This document shows, piece after piece, positions 1 through 22,722 of a stretch of 64,000 nucleotides of DNA. Positions within the stretch are counted from its first letter, which is position 1. Every line of letters begins with the position of its first letter. The position numbers and the translations under genes are program-made. Source of the stretch: the human T2T-CHM13v2.0 reference genome, Homo sapiens. The stretch lies in assembly GCF_009914755.1 (NCBI RefSeq), contig NC_060941.1. One strand, written 5' to 3'. The notes under the pieces were generated by a model. That model saw only the letters and a list, made by a program, of their open reading frames with translations, made no database searches and was not told the origin of the DNA.

Positions 1-311
1 CTAATACCCACCTTTTCTGTCTCTTGGGGTCACTCTAATGTCCATGGTGACACTTGTTATTATCTATTGCCAGGGGACCCACAATGTGAGGACCATGAGG
101 GAGGGGAGTTAGATCTTCCTGCCCCATGGTTGACAGTCCACCTCAACCATGGGGCAGAGCAGCCCCTCAAGGGGCTGAGCAGCACCATCTGTCTCAGACA
201 TCATCCAGGGTGTACCAGCAGGCACCCTAGAGAAGGAAGGGGGCCAGCTACAAGAGTCAAAAGCAACATGATTCAGTATGCAGCACAATCATTTTAAGAA
301 TCCTGATTCTG

Positions 312-947
<636 letters not shown>

Positions 948-1789
948 CTAGCAGTTGGAGATGCCAGACGTGAGTTATTGAACACATCTGCCGAGACCAG
1001 AGACCAGGACACGACATTTGTATCTACCAAATGAGTGCTGGCAGCTAGCTCTGCTCCCCTGGAACATCCTCTCAAAACCCTTTTGCCTTGACTATTACCT
1101 CATCTCTCTCCTGGCCTGCACTGATCCTTGGCCGACTCTAAGAAGTCACCCGTGGGGCCCTGGGGCAAGACAGGTCATGGTTCTGGGCACCAGCACTGCC
1201 ATCTGGCTGCTTCTTCTGGCCTCTCTTTGCTGGACTAGTGCCTGGCCCAATATCATGCCATCATGATCACGCTCAACTCGAGGGATATCATTTACTCCTT
1301 CAAGGGCAAGATTCTAGACCCCTCACTGCAGAGCCCTTCACTGGGGACACCCGGTCTTCTTTGCCTGCTTGGACATTGAGGGTGGAGGGAGGAAGGGGTT
1401 GTGGGCATCCATAGAAGCTGTGGGGGGCATCCAGAAATAAGGGAGAGAGGCATCTTCACTGCTGGCGGTGTGCGGGACCAATTCCAGGGATTGTCTGACT
1501 GCGCTCCCCCCCACCACCCCATAGGTAGCAGGGTCTGCTGGGCTTGGATGCCAGTGGGAAGAATGCGTTCTTCGAGAGTGAGTGGACCCTCCTCTGGGCT
1601 CACTGGAGGGGACGGGTCTGGAGCAGGCAGAGTGAGCCGCTGCTTGCGGGATCCGGGATGGAGCTCAGGAATGGAGCTCCACACTCTCCCAGCTGCCTGG
1701 CCCGGGACAAGCATTGGCCCTTTCTGGGCCTCCTCAGGAATCTCCAACCTCCGAGGCGATTCTAGTTTAAGCCTGATGAGGCAGACGTG

Positions 1790-2710
1790 CATCCGGGCGG
1801 ATGATTAGCCGGTGTGGGCGCGGCCTGGAGCGGGCCCAGGCTGGGGAGTGGCGGCTGCACGCGGTGACGACTGTGTGTTCGCTGAGTCAGGGCCCGGAGC
1901 GCTTCAGCACCGCGGCTTGGACAGCGCCCCGGGGCAAGCGGGTGGCGCTCTCCCTACAGGGACAAATGACCCCAGGGCCGGCATTTCTGACCTAGAGAAC
2001 GGGCCTGGATTGCTCTGGCGGGTTCTGAGCCTGGGGTTGGGGGCGGGTGGGGAGCGGACGAAGTGGGGGCGGCCTTTGGAGACGATGGCAATTTACCGCC
2101 TTAGGCGGGCAAGCGCACGAGTCCCGGGAACCCTAAACAGGTTGGGGTGCCCCTTGGGGTCTAGATGAGGCCCGGGCTTGCGATAAAGCGTGGCGGCGTC
2201 TAGACATAACGTCCCATCTCCTGAACCCGTCAAGGCCGGTGGCACCCAACCTGGCGGGCTCATCTAGGACCAGTCCACACCCAAGGCCCCAAGACCCAAA
2301 ACCTCCTGGGCTGGGTCTGCCTGGCTAGGGGCCCCTCATCCTGGGCTCTACTCTTTTGGCGCAGAGGCCATGTGGCAGGCCCCTGGTCTGCGCCCTGCTC
2401 AGCTTCCCCTCCCCACCCCGAAAAGTGGAGAGCCCCACGGCTTCCCCAGAAAAGCAGTCTGCTCCCCGCGCCCCAGCGCAGCTCGTTTACTATGGGTCAG
2501 GAGAGGAATCCCGCCTTTTTTCCGCAGCGAGGATGGCCTGGGCTCCTGCGCGAAGCGAGGCTCCGTCCTGGAGAGGCTCAGTGACCCGGCAGTGGCGCCG
2601 ATCCGGGTTAGCCAGGGCCGCGCTGGGACCCGCGGAGTCGCGTGATGCAAACGGGAAGGCGGGAGCAACCCAGCTCCTTCCCGGTGCTGCCTGGCTGCTG
2701 CATAAGCCGC
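1790..2710. promoter_or_regulatory. Orphan CpG island with split RE1, AP-1/ARE and CTCF-like motifs
   Basis: CpG-dense; TTCAGCACC-N7-GGACAGCGCC at 1903-1928; GCTGAGTCA at 1881-1889; CAAGCGGGTGGCGC at 1935-1948. Confidence 0.65.
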
Positions 2711-3672
2711 CCTTTCTTCCCTGACAAACACTGTCCAGATGGGCAACAGGTCCGTGTCTCCTTTGGCAGCCACTGTCTCCAGAAAGGCATTGGGCAGTTA
2801 AGGTGGTCAGAGCCCTCAGGTAAATCCTCCCTCTCCAGGAGTCAGCCCTTCCAGCTGCGGGAGGGCAGGTAGTGGGATGCGGGACCTTCGCAGGGCTGGG
2901 AGATGTCATCAACTTTTACCCTCACATGGGGAGAGTGGGAGTGCTGGGCCTGGCGGTCCTCTTACGTCCTTACTGTGCAGCTTGGGATTCTAGGTTGGAA
3001 GGAGTCACCCTACTGCTCAGTCAGCTCTATTTGCCACCTGCCCAAGAAGACCCATGGGAATGGAGGCTACAAGACACTCTAGGGCACAGTGACAAGGAGG
3101 GATTGATTCCAAGACTCCTTGGAAGAACCAGATCCCTGAGCTTCTCAACAAAACAAGGGGCCACCTCTGGTCTTTGCCCTCCAAAGGGGAAGGCAGGAAA
3201 ATTGTTAGAGGCAGATTGGCAGGAGGGGCCTGTGGAGTGTGCAGGGGGCCAGAGCCAGTTCCTAGAAGTTGAGCAAGGGGATATGGGCACCAATGCACAC
3301 AACTGTGCACTGGGGGCCTCTGTCTCCTATCCCCTGGTCCCAAGGATGTCATGATGGTTTGACCTGTCTTCTAGGACATTCTCTAACTAGGGCAGCAGCC
3401 ATGCCTGTTGACCTGGTGAAACAACTCCAGCCCTGGTACCCTGTGACATGACCCAGGAGGTGGTGACCATATGTGGTAAGTGAGTTGGGAAGCAGAGTGG
3501 AGGATGAAGAGGACCACCACAGGCGCCAAAACAGCAGTCTCAGTGCAGGGGACCGGGCTCTGGGAAGCAAGGGGCTGTGGTCCTCAGTGATGCTTCTCGG
3601 CTCCCAGCTAGAGCTGCAGGAAGTTGTGGACAAATTCAGCCAAGGACTCTGAAACTCAGGTGAAATAAATAA

Positions 3673-3715
<43 letters not shown>

Positions 3716-3758
3716 AAGGGAGGAAGACAGAGAGAGGCAGAGGCAGAGACAGAAAGAA
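3673..3758 (+). repeat. (GA)n purine-rich repeat
   Basis: Direct inspection. Confidence 0.9.
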
Positions 3759-3869
3759 AGAATTTCAAAAGATGCAGGCGAATCAGCCCTCCTTCTGCCC
3801 CCTGAGCCTGTGTCCTGGACTGAGTCTGAGATGGGAGGTGAGACGCTGCTGGGCCTCCCACCAATCTTA

Positions 3870-6270
<2,401 letters not shown>

Positions 6271-6754
6271 AAGAGAGAGATTGGAGTGGATAAGACCAAA
6301 GGCAAAAAAAATCCAAGGAGAATGAGCAAAATACAATAGGTTGAGGACCTAGAAAGGGTCTCTGAGAACAGAGAAGGGTCAGATTGAAGAAAGACAGGCT
6401 TGAAAAAACTTGGGAAGCAATCAGATGTGAGAAGTGAAGGAAAGGGGTCTAACCAGGGAGTTGGTGAGGACAGCTACCAATAACTGAAAACTTACTAACA
6501 GCCAGGCACTTATTCATAGTGTCTCGTTTAATTCTTGCAAAAAAGCCTGTGACAGTGGTATTATTTCCACTTACTGATGAGGAAACAAAGGCTTCAGGGA
6601 ATAAAGAAACTGGTCGAAGCTCCACAGCTAGAAAGTGTCAGAGACAGACTGTGAACCCAGGTCTAACTCTAAGGCTGTGTTACACACTAGGAAGTAGGGA
6701 GGATGAGGAGAATAGAGAGGAGAGCGAACCCCAAATGTGGACAGATGGTTCTAG

Positions 6755-7730
6755 TGAAGCAGGGTATTTCCCTGACCGCTTCGCGGGATTTGCAACAGGA
6801 GTGCCTCATTTACTCAGCCGGCAGCTCTCAACATCCCGTGGGAGGGAATGCATGAGTGAATGAGGCAGGAACTGGAGTGCACAAGTGCTGGAACCAGCTG
6901 GCCACTTCGGTGCTGGCAGGAGCGATCTTCACTCACTTGGACCACCCCTTGCAGGAGGGAGCACACAGGTGAGTGGGTGCAGGATCTGGGGAGAGTGCTT
7001 TTGGGCGCCGGCAGGAGCAAACTCTGTGTGGGCTCCACAGCAGCATCTAGGCAGGAGGGTTCCTGTGGCCCCTGAAGCCCCAGAGGGCGTGTTACGGTGT
7101 TCTTTTAGCTCTTCTGTCCATGGATGGCTTAAGCATTAACAGCTCAGTGGACCCTCTGCCTTTTCACATGAGGCGGCTGCCTTCCACCAGCGAGGGCAAA
7201 GGGCCAGTGTGACAGCCTTTTGTATCTGCACTCGTAGCTCCCAGGCTCTAGTCCAGCATCCAGGAAAAATGAAGTTGCATGAATGAATTGAAGGATGGTA
7301 AATGCGGGGATTTTACGGCTGATTAAAGTGGCCCTCAGTGGCTCTCAGTGGGAATGGGAGCTGAAAAGGGGTCAGGGGGGTGTAAGTGATCCTCCCCTGA
7401 AGTCCGGCCATCTCCAGCTGATTCTTCTCCAAAGTTACGCTGTCAGACCGTCCCTCTGAAGTCAAGCCATTTCTCTCTGACATTCAGCCAGAGTGCCTGA
7501 TGTCCAGCTCCTTCTTTCTGATGGCTGAGTCTGGGGTCTTTATAGGGACAGGATGGGGTGGAGCAGGGCCATGTGTAGTTTAGGAAAAGGCAACATTTGA
7601 GCAGGAAAACATCGATAGAAGTTCTCACTTTGGGTCTCAGGCTTTTTGGCTTGAGTCGGGGGGGCTTCACCGGGGACCCCCCCGCCAACCCCGTGTCTGC
7701 CTAGAATTTCTCGGCCTCCTGTAGCTATCA
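6755..7730 (-). mobile_element. 3' LTR of provirus
   Basis: TG..CA ends; minus strand starts TGATAGCTACAGGAGGCCGAGAAATTCTAGGCAGAC; preceded by PPT AGAGGGGGAAA. Confidence 0.92.
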
Positions 7731-8269
7731 TTTCCCCCCTCTGAAGATGCACATCTAACTGCTGTTAGGATACAATGACCGATCTAAGCTGCTTCCTGCA
7801 GAGAGGGGGCATTGTTTTGGGGAGAAGAGCAGTCAGATTCTTCCCAGAGGTCTACCTAAGGGTCCCCAGCAAAAGGGAGCCATCATCCAGGGCTCTGCTT
7901 GCCTTGACCATTTGGAGTTTGATGGTCTCTAGGTGAGAAGAAACAAGTTCTACAAGGTTAAGTATGCATGAATCAAATATGTGTATTATACAAAAAGGGG
8001 TTAAAAGGAAAGAATCTAGTGGCAAAGTTTACAGAAATAAGAAGTAAAATATACAAATTATTCTGAAAACAACATTATATCCTGTGGTATAGAACAGAGC
8101 AAAGGTAAGAACAGCAAGCATAGCCAAGACTTTTAAGGAAGATATCCATGGAAGGTTAATTATTAACACTTATCTTTTGTGATTCTTAGCTTGAGGTCCC
8201 TGATCTCTTCACATTGGTACTTTGAGTGCTCTTCTGGGTTAATGGAGGTAACTCCATTAGCTTCCTAGG

Positions 8270-9860
8270 CCCTTACTAGGGTATAATGAATCCAAGAATC
8301 TATTCCAGTGACCTTCACTGCCATAGGAGTAGAAAGAAGTACAGTGTAAGGTCCCTCCCAATCTGGGCTTATAGAGGGACAAAGGGAAGGAAGTACCTTT
8401 ACCAGTACTAGGTCCCCAGGGTTGAATAGAGGTGGTCCTGGTTCATGGGATTGTGCCTCTCTGACAGTTGTTTCAGTTCCTGTTGGAAATGGGCCAAAGA
8501 AGTGATATGTTTAACCAAATCAAAGGTTTCTTGGTCTAGCAAGAAATCATTGGTGAGAAAAGGCCATCCATACATCATTTCAAAGGGATTCAAACCTAGC
8601 CTTGAAGGGGTGTTTCTAATACATAGTAGAGATATGGGCAGAAGGGTAGTCCAGGGGAGGTGAGTCTCCTGAGGTGTCTTTTGATAATATCATTTGTCTT
8701 TTCTACCTTTCCTAAGAATTGTGGTCTCCAAGCACAATGAAGAACCATCTTCATTGTACTGTATGCCTAGTGCCTTTGAGATCCCCTGGGTGACAGCCGC
8801 ATTGAACAAGGGGCCATTATCACTCTGGAGGTACTTAGGGAGTCCAAAGCGAGGAATTATCTCATTAATTAGTAAACCTTACATCCTCTGTTAGCCAGAA
8901 AATTAAGAAGAGCCTTACTGCCCTCCTGAGAGATTTTTTTAGTTAGAGTGCAGAGGAGAATGTCATCTACATATTGTAAAACTTTCACCTGAGGATAAAG
9001 GAACTTGGAGAAGTCTCTTGACCGTGCCTGCCCAAAAAAGTGGGGGCTGTTTCAGAATGCCTGAAGTAACACTATCCAGATTAACTGGGTGGTCTGGTTA
9101 GAGGGATCCTCAAATGCAAACAAATACTGGGGGTTTATATAACAGTATGCAGAAGAAGCATACCATTATATCTTTAGGTCCAGGACTGTGAACCTTTTAG
9201 TTCCCTCAGGTATGTGAGCTAGCAAGGTATACAGATTGGGAGCCACTGGGTGAATTGGAACCACAGCCTCATTAACAAGATGAAGGTCCTGAACTAGTCT
9301 CCATTCCCCTTTGGGTTTTTGTACCCCCAATATTGGGGTATTACAAGGGCTGTTGCAGAGTTTGAGGAGGTACTGCAACCTTAAGTTATCAATGATGGCT
9401 TCTGGTCTTTTCTTAACTTCTGGTTTCAGGGGCTATTGTGTCTGGTTCAGACTGGTATGGTGGTTGTGGCTCTGCCAATTTTCCCTTGAGTTACCCAAAC
9501 TTCTGGGTTAAAATCAGTCTCCACTAAGGGGAGACAAAGAGTTTGTCCTGGGGCCATCAGGATGGTGGTTCCTACACGGGCCACAATACCCCTACCCAAC
9601 AGAGTATTTGGCCTTTCAGGCACAATTAGAAAGGCACAGGTGAACAAGAGGTCTCCCCAACTACAACTAAGGGGTTGGAAAAAATATTGGGTTTAAGGCC
9701 TTCCTGGGATGCCCCTCACAGTCATGCTAAGAGAGGACAGGGGGCTTGAATTGGAGATGAAAACCGAGAGACCAGCCCCAGCGTCCAGAAGGAGGTCCAC
9801 TTTCCTCCCTTCCATATCCAGAATTGTAAATTCTGGGGCTCCTGGATGGTAATGGTGGTC
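8270..9860 (-). pseudogene. pol: ERV pro-pol remnant (protease, N-terminal RT, integrase core and C-terminus)
   Basis: LLDAGAGLS (protease); NTPILGVQKPKGEWRLVQDL, FTVLDLK and YVDD at 8962-8973 (RT); IIPRFGLPKYLQSDNGP, PFEMMYG and WEGPYTVLL (IN). RNase H is absent. Confidence 0.9.
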
Positions 9861-9899
9861 TGGACCACCGGAGCCAGGGAGAGGAGCCCCAGGACTTGT

Positions 9900-11360
9900 C
9901 AGTCTTGCTGGACCATTTGGGAGATTGGCTCTGGGCCTGGCGACCAGTGCCCCCGGGGACAGTCCACTTTCTAGTGGTCCCCATTGTACATTGGACAGGG
10001 TTGGGGTGGCTTCCTCATGTTGCCTGGGCAATCCTTCCTAAAATGCCCTGGCTTACCACATCTGTAGCAGTTAACAGGTGTAGCTTGGGGATTCTGGAGT
10101 TTGTGGGTTTGCATGGTGGCCATTAAAGCCTCTGCCTCTTGCCTGTGTCTCCTCTCTCTCTCTTCTGGGCCTCCCTATCTTATTACAAAAGACTGAGGTG
10201 GCCACTTTCAGGAGATTCTCTAAGGTACTATCTGGTCCCAGGGCCTGTTTCTGCAGCTTTCTCCTGATATCAGGGGCTGCCTGAGTAATAAATTTATCCT
10301 TTAGGATTACTTGTCCCTTGATGGAATCAGGAGCTAGTGAGGTGTGCTTTACCAAGACTCTATTAGCCTCTCCAGGAAGGCAGTAGGATGCTCATTGAAT
10401 CCCTGGTCCATCCTGGATAGCTTGGTATAGTTGAGAGGCTTAGTTCTAGTCCTACATAAGCCCTCTATTATGCCCACCTGAAACTGTCTCCTCTTACATT
10501 CTCCCGTCTTGTCATTGGGATCCCATTTAGGGTCATTCATTGGTACTGCTTCTCCTCCAGTTGGATAAAGTTTGACCCCCTCCCTGACACTATATGTGAC
10601 ACAAACCTCATCCCCAGATCTCTCTGTCACTTGCAGAGCAGACTGCTTCTCAGTGTTAGTCAGGTTTGATTCAAAAGTAACATAATGTCTTTCCAGGAGA
10701 GTTCAAATACTTGGGTTAAATTCTGGAAAGCCTTTATATATCTGTCAGGGTCATCTGAAAACTTGCCAAGATCCCCCTTAATTTGCTTTAAGTCCTGTAG
10801 AGAGAAGGGGGACCTGGACCAGGGGGCCAAATTCACCAAGCATCTGATGGAGGGCAGGAATGAGACTGGGGCTTGTCTAGGGTGAGGAGTTCTAGGAGGG
10901 GCCAAGTGAGAGAAAAACTGGGTAGGCAGGATGGGGTGGACCCAGAGGAGCAGGGCCAGTGGGAGCTGGCTCCCTTGCTGGAGGTGCCTCTGGAGTTCAT
11001 TTCTTTAGTTCTCTGGTATTGTTCTCTGAGATGGCAAACAAGAGGTCTGGAGCAATCCTACACTGTCAGCAAAGGTCTGGATTGCCCTGCAAGGTAAAGA
11101 AGGCCTGCACATATGGAGCCTCAGACCATTTGCCCTCACATTTACAGAAAAGGTCCACCTGCAGGATGGTTATCGAAATTAATGGTTCCTTCCTGAGGCC
11201 ACGCCAGTCCTTCCTACAGATCATAATTTGGCCAAACCTTTGTGCAAAGGGCTATGAGGTGTTTTCCCTCTAGAGTCTGAGGGTTAAAGCAGTCCCAGTG
11301 ATTCAGGATACACTCCAGAGGCGTATAGACTGAGGATGGTGAAAGTAGTTGGTGCCCATT
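9900..11360 (-). pseudogene. gag: ERV gag remnant
   Basis: MGTN start at 11360; PFSLQDLKQIKGDLGKFSDDPDRYI; KDKFITQAAPDIRRKLQK; zinc knuckle CYRCGKPGHFRKDC at 10028-10069; multiple frameshifts. Confidence 0.9.
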
Positions 11361-11769
11361 CTGAAAGAGAGGGAAATAGGCATCGCTCATTTTCTTTCCC
11401 TCTTTCCCCAAGAGAAAACAGGTGTCCTCCTTTTCTCTTCTATATGTTTATCCCCGAGTTCTGGCAACCTTAGATGGACACCATCCATAGGTGCCATTGT
11501 GGCCTGTACCCGTGAAGCAGGGAGGGCCTAGAGAATAGGAATTATCTGCACTCACTTACGCCTCCATGCCCCCTACTGTCGGCAACCTTTGGGTTCCTTG
11601 GGCCTTATCTATGCCATGGAGTGTGGCCTCCTTCCATGAAGCAGGGGCTTAATTGGCAGGAATTAGTCCTGCCCATTGATACTGTGCCTGTTGCTTGGCT
11701 TTGAATCCCTCAGATCTGATTTTCCTTTCTAGGGCTTCAACCTGAAGTTTAGAATTGAGTTTGGGATTG

Positions 11770-12064
11770 GGCCAGGCACAGTGGCTCACGCCTGTAATCC
11801 CAACACTTTGGGAGGCCGAGGAGAGCAGATCAAGAGGTCAGGAGTTCGATACCAGCCTGGCCAACATAGTGAAACCCCATCTCTACTAAAACTACAAAAA
11901 TTAGCTGGGCGTGGTGGCGGGCGCCTGTAGTCGTAGCTACTCCGGAGGCTGAGGCAGGAGAATTGCTTGAACTAGGAGGCAGAAGTTGCAATGAGCCAAG
12001 ATTGTGCCACTGCTCTCCAGGCTGGGAAACAGAGCAAGACTCCATCTCAAGAAAAAAAAAAAAA
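11770..12064 (+). mobile_element. Alu inserted in the ERV leader
   Basis: TSD TGAGTTTGGGAT on both sides. Confidence 0.95.
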
Positions 12065-13134
12065 TGAGTTTGGGATGAAAAGGTGTCTCGGGGGTGCATG
12101 GATTCATTTAGATTAAGTCCCAGGCAGGCCTTGCCAAATTTGCAGTTATTAGCCAGTGGGCTCGCTCCTCCACTGCTTTTCTATCATAAGCAGAGTGCTG
12201 AGGTAGGAAAAGAACCTCCTCGCATAGAAAAGGAAAGAGGGAAAAAACAAAACAGCTTAAGAGGGGGAAGAACCTCTTGCTCTCTGTAAATGGGTTCCTT
12301 TAATCACTATATCCTTCCTCTGGTTTGGACGGAGCTGGACCCCTCGGCTGTCTGGGGGAGGAAAGACTCTGTGGGCATGTGGAAGGAGGGGATGGTGAGT
12401 GGGAAATGCTGGCCAACTGGCTGCATTGGGCCCCTGGCCCCCAAGACTGCCCTGGGGCCTGGGCAGCAGCCACAGTTCTCTCCCACCCTGCCCTTGGGCA
12501 CTTCATGTGCATGCTGTGGACACGCCCAGGTGCCGTAGCTGGGAGGGAAGGGTGAGGAGGGGAACAGCCACGTGCTGCACACCTTTGTGGCTGTTGGGGT
12601 TGGGCGTGGGGGTCGCACCTCTAAGAACAAATGGAAGTCACATTGTTCTGAATTGCATATCTGGTGGCTGAGCCAAATGCTCATTCTACCTAGTAACATT
12701 TCTGCAGTTTGCAGCAAAACCCTTATCATTATAAAGGGAGAGAGAGGAGCCATTTTTAACCATGAAAGAAGAAAGGGAAAGATACCATAGAAAGGTCCAG
12801 GGGTGTTGGTCAACGCCTTAAGTGCTATCGGGGATGGGATCCAGTTTAGGGGCCTTCTGGCAACACCAAGGAGTGGCCTCCTCCAGATGCCTTCAGTTGC
12901 CCCAGGACTTTATTCTGGTCCCACCCGATGGCTAGACCTCTTTGAAGGGAAACAGAGCCAACATTCCTTTCACCTGAAACAAAGAGATAGGTGGCAGGAT
13001 TGCATCCTGTCCTCTGCAAATGGCATAGCTCAGAGGAAAGTCTGAGGACAAGAAGTCTTAGGAAAAAAGTGAAGAGACAGATATGGCAGATCTGCATTTA
13101 TTTGCCCTTCTGAGAAATCCTGGATAGGCCCCGT

Positions 13135-14106
13135 GGAAGCAGGCTATTTCCCTGACCCCTTCAAGGGACTTGCAACAAGGGTGCCTCATTTACTCAGCCT
13201 GCAGCTCTCAACTCCTCACAGGAGGGAGTGTGGGAGTGAATGAGACAGGAACTGGAGTGCATGAGTGCTGGAACCAGCTGGCCACCTTGGCACTGGCAGC
13301 AGCAAACTCCACTCACTCAGACTGGCTGTATTGCACCACTCACAGGAGGGAGCGTGCAGGTGAGCAGGTGCAGGAGCCAGCATGAGCACTTTTAGGCACT
13401 GGCAGTAGCGAATGCTGTGCAGGTCCCAGGCAGCATCTAGGGTGGGGGTGCCTGTGACCCCTGAAGCCCCAGAGGGCGTGTTACATTGCTCACTTAGCTC
13501 TGCCATCCGCAGACAGCTTAAGTGTTAACAGCTCAGTGGGCCCTCTGCCTTTTCATGTGGGATGGCTGCCTTCCACTAGTGAGGGCAAAGGGCCAGTGTG
13601 ACAGCCTTTTGTATCCACACTTGTGGCCCCCAAGCTCTTGTCCAGCATCCAGAAAAAATGAGGTCACACAAATGAATTGAAGGATGGTGAATGTGGAGGA
13701 TTTTATTGCTGATGAAAGTGGCTCTCAGAGGGAAGGGAGGTTGAAAAGGGGCCAGGGAATGTAGGTAATCTTCCCCTGAGGTCCAGCAGTCTCTGGCCAG
13801 ATTCTTCTTTGAAGTTACACTGTCAAGCTGTCCCTCTGAAGTCAAGCTGGTTCTCTCTGACTTTGGCCGTAGTCCCCAACATGCAGCTGCTTCTCCTCTC
13901 TACCGGCTGAGTCTGGGGTCTTTATAGGCACAGGATGGGGCAGGGCAGGACCATGGTAGTTTAGGAAAAGGCAACATTCAAGCAGGAAAATGGGGATATA
14001 AGTTCTCACTTTGGGCTGTGGTCTCAGGCTTTTTGGCTTGAGGGTGGGGCTTCACCAGGGATCCACCCCTCTCTGCCTAGAATTTCTCTGCCTCTTGTCA
14101 CTATCA
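13135..14106 (-). mobile_element. 5' LTR of provirus
   Basis: Diverged direct repeat of 6755-7730; minus strand starts TGATAGTGACAAGAGGCAGAGAAATTCTAGGCAGAG; followed by PBS. Confidence 0.92.
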
Positions 14107-14619
14107 CTAGGACTAGAGCTATGGATCTGAGAGGCGGAATAAAAAGATAAAAGCCATGCAGCCTTGGATAATCATTAAGTTAAAAAGGAATTTGCTTAGG
14201 GGACCAAGGGAAGGGGACACTACAGACTGTCCATCCCCTCCACCCCTACCCTAGGTGTCATGCCCTTAACTTTTCACAGCTACACTCAACTTTAGTCAGA
14301 TTTTTTTTCGTCTGTTTGTTTGGTAATTGTCTTTATTTGCCATGTTCAACTGTAATCTGCAAAAGAATAAAAACAATTGTCTTTGGCTGGTAAGTGAGTA
14401 GTTAAAAACTTTGATTTGAAGGTGTCATCAGATATCACCTTTGTTTCTGTCTCAAGGCAGGAAAGTTTTGCTTCCATTCAATGCAAACATAGCTGCCTGG
14501 ATCTGGCTAGTGTTAACTCATCAGAAGCTTTGTGTGAGGGACCCCTAAGTTCTTTATTTCAGGCAGTGAAAGGGCCAAGGGGGTATCATTGTTGGGCTGT
14601 GTTTAAGGCATCGGTTGAC

Positions 14620-19620
<5,001 letters not shown>

Positions 19621-20449
19621 CTTGTCCTCATTTTTAAATGATAAGGAAATAAACCTGGGGTCTCAGTTCCTCTTCCCCGCCCCTCACTGAGCAGAGTTCT
19701 TATGCACTGCTGCCATGTGGGAGGTGGAGATGGGTTCAGAGGTTTGTGAAAAGCTTGACGCGCTGCACGCCCACTCCACAGGGCACCTTTAGAGGCTTCT
19801 TGGGGAAGCTGGTCGGGTAGCTCTGACTCCTCGCATCTCTGTGTGTCCTTGGGAATGTCAGGTGGAAGATCGATGTGCATTTGCAAATGGGAGTGAGTGT
19901 GAGAAAAGAAAAATGTGGGGTTGTGGCTGGTAGGGTGTGTTCAGGGAGCAATGGTGACCTCTGTTGTCTGTGCTCTCCCAACAGTTCTGGGATTGTGGGG
20001 AATGCAATTGTTCTGTATCCCTTTTGTATTTTGGAAGTTCTCCGTGAAGTCTAACTGCAGGTCATATTGTCATTTAGTCTAGAGTTGGAGGATGGATATA
20101 ATTTCATGAGTATGAAATAATATGCAGAGTTGTTGGACACCAACTGGGCCCACCCACTCCACCAGAACTCAGGTCTCCTTCATTTGACTCCCACCGGCAA
20201 CGTCACTCACTTTAACACCTGAATTACTCTCTCTTAGATACCAGAGGGGAAACGGAGGCATGCAGGTGAGAACGTGGCAGCAGTCCCTAAAAGTCACTTC
20301 TGGTGCTGGCCCTGGCTCATCCGTGCCCTGGGGGAGAAATGCAAGTGTCAGAGCTGCGGAAAGGAGCTGAGATCTAGCAGGGCTCGCCCTTATCAACCTC
20401 CGCCTCTAACAAGGGCCACACAGCACGTAGGGGAGATTAGGCCGATCTG

Positions 20450-22722
<2,273 letters not shown>

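Larger units (their letters stand above)
6755..14106 (-). mobile_element. ERV1-class endogenous provirus (LTR1/LTR27/LTR28/MER52-like LTRs, HUERS-P-like internal region), defective
   Basis: Two ~975-bp LTRs; CTAG TSD at 6751-6754 and 14107-14110; polypurine tract (PPT) at 7731-7742; degenerate tRNA-Pro primer-binding site (PBS) at 13117-13134; gag/pro/RT/IN remnants with stops and frameshifts. Confidence 0.93.

Noticed and set aside
14340-14390. Remnant of pseudo-ZNHIT3 exon 4
   Set aside because: Only short AT-rich matches, and spacing to the exon-3 remnant is inconsistent without a large deletion.
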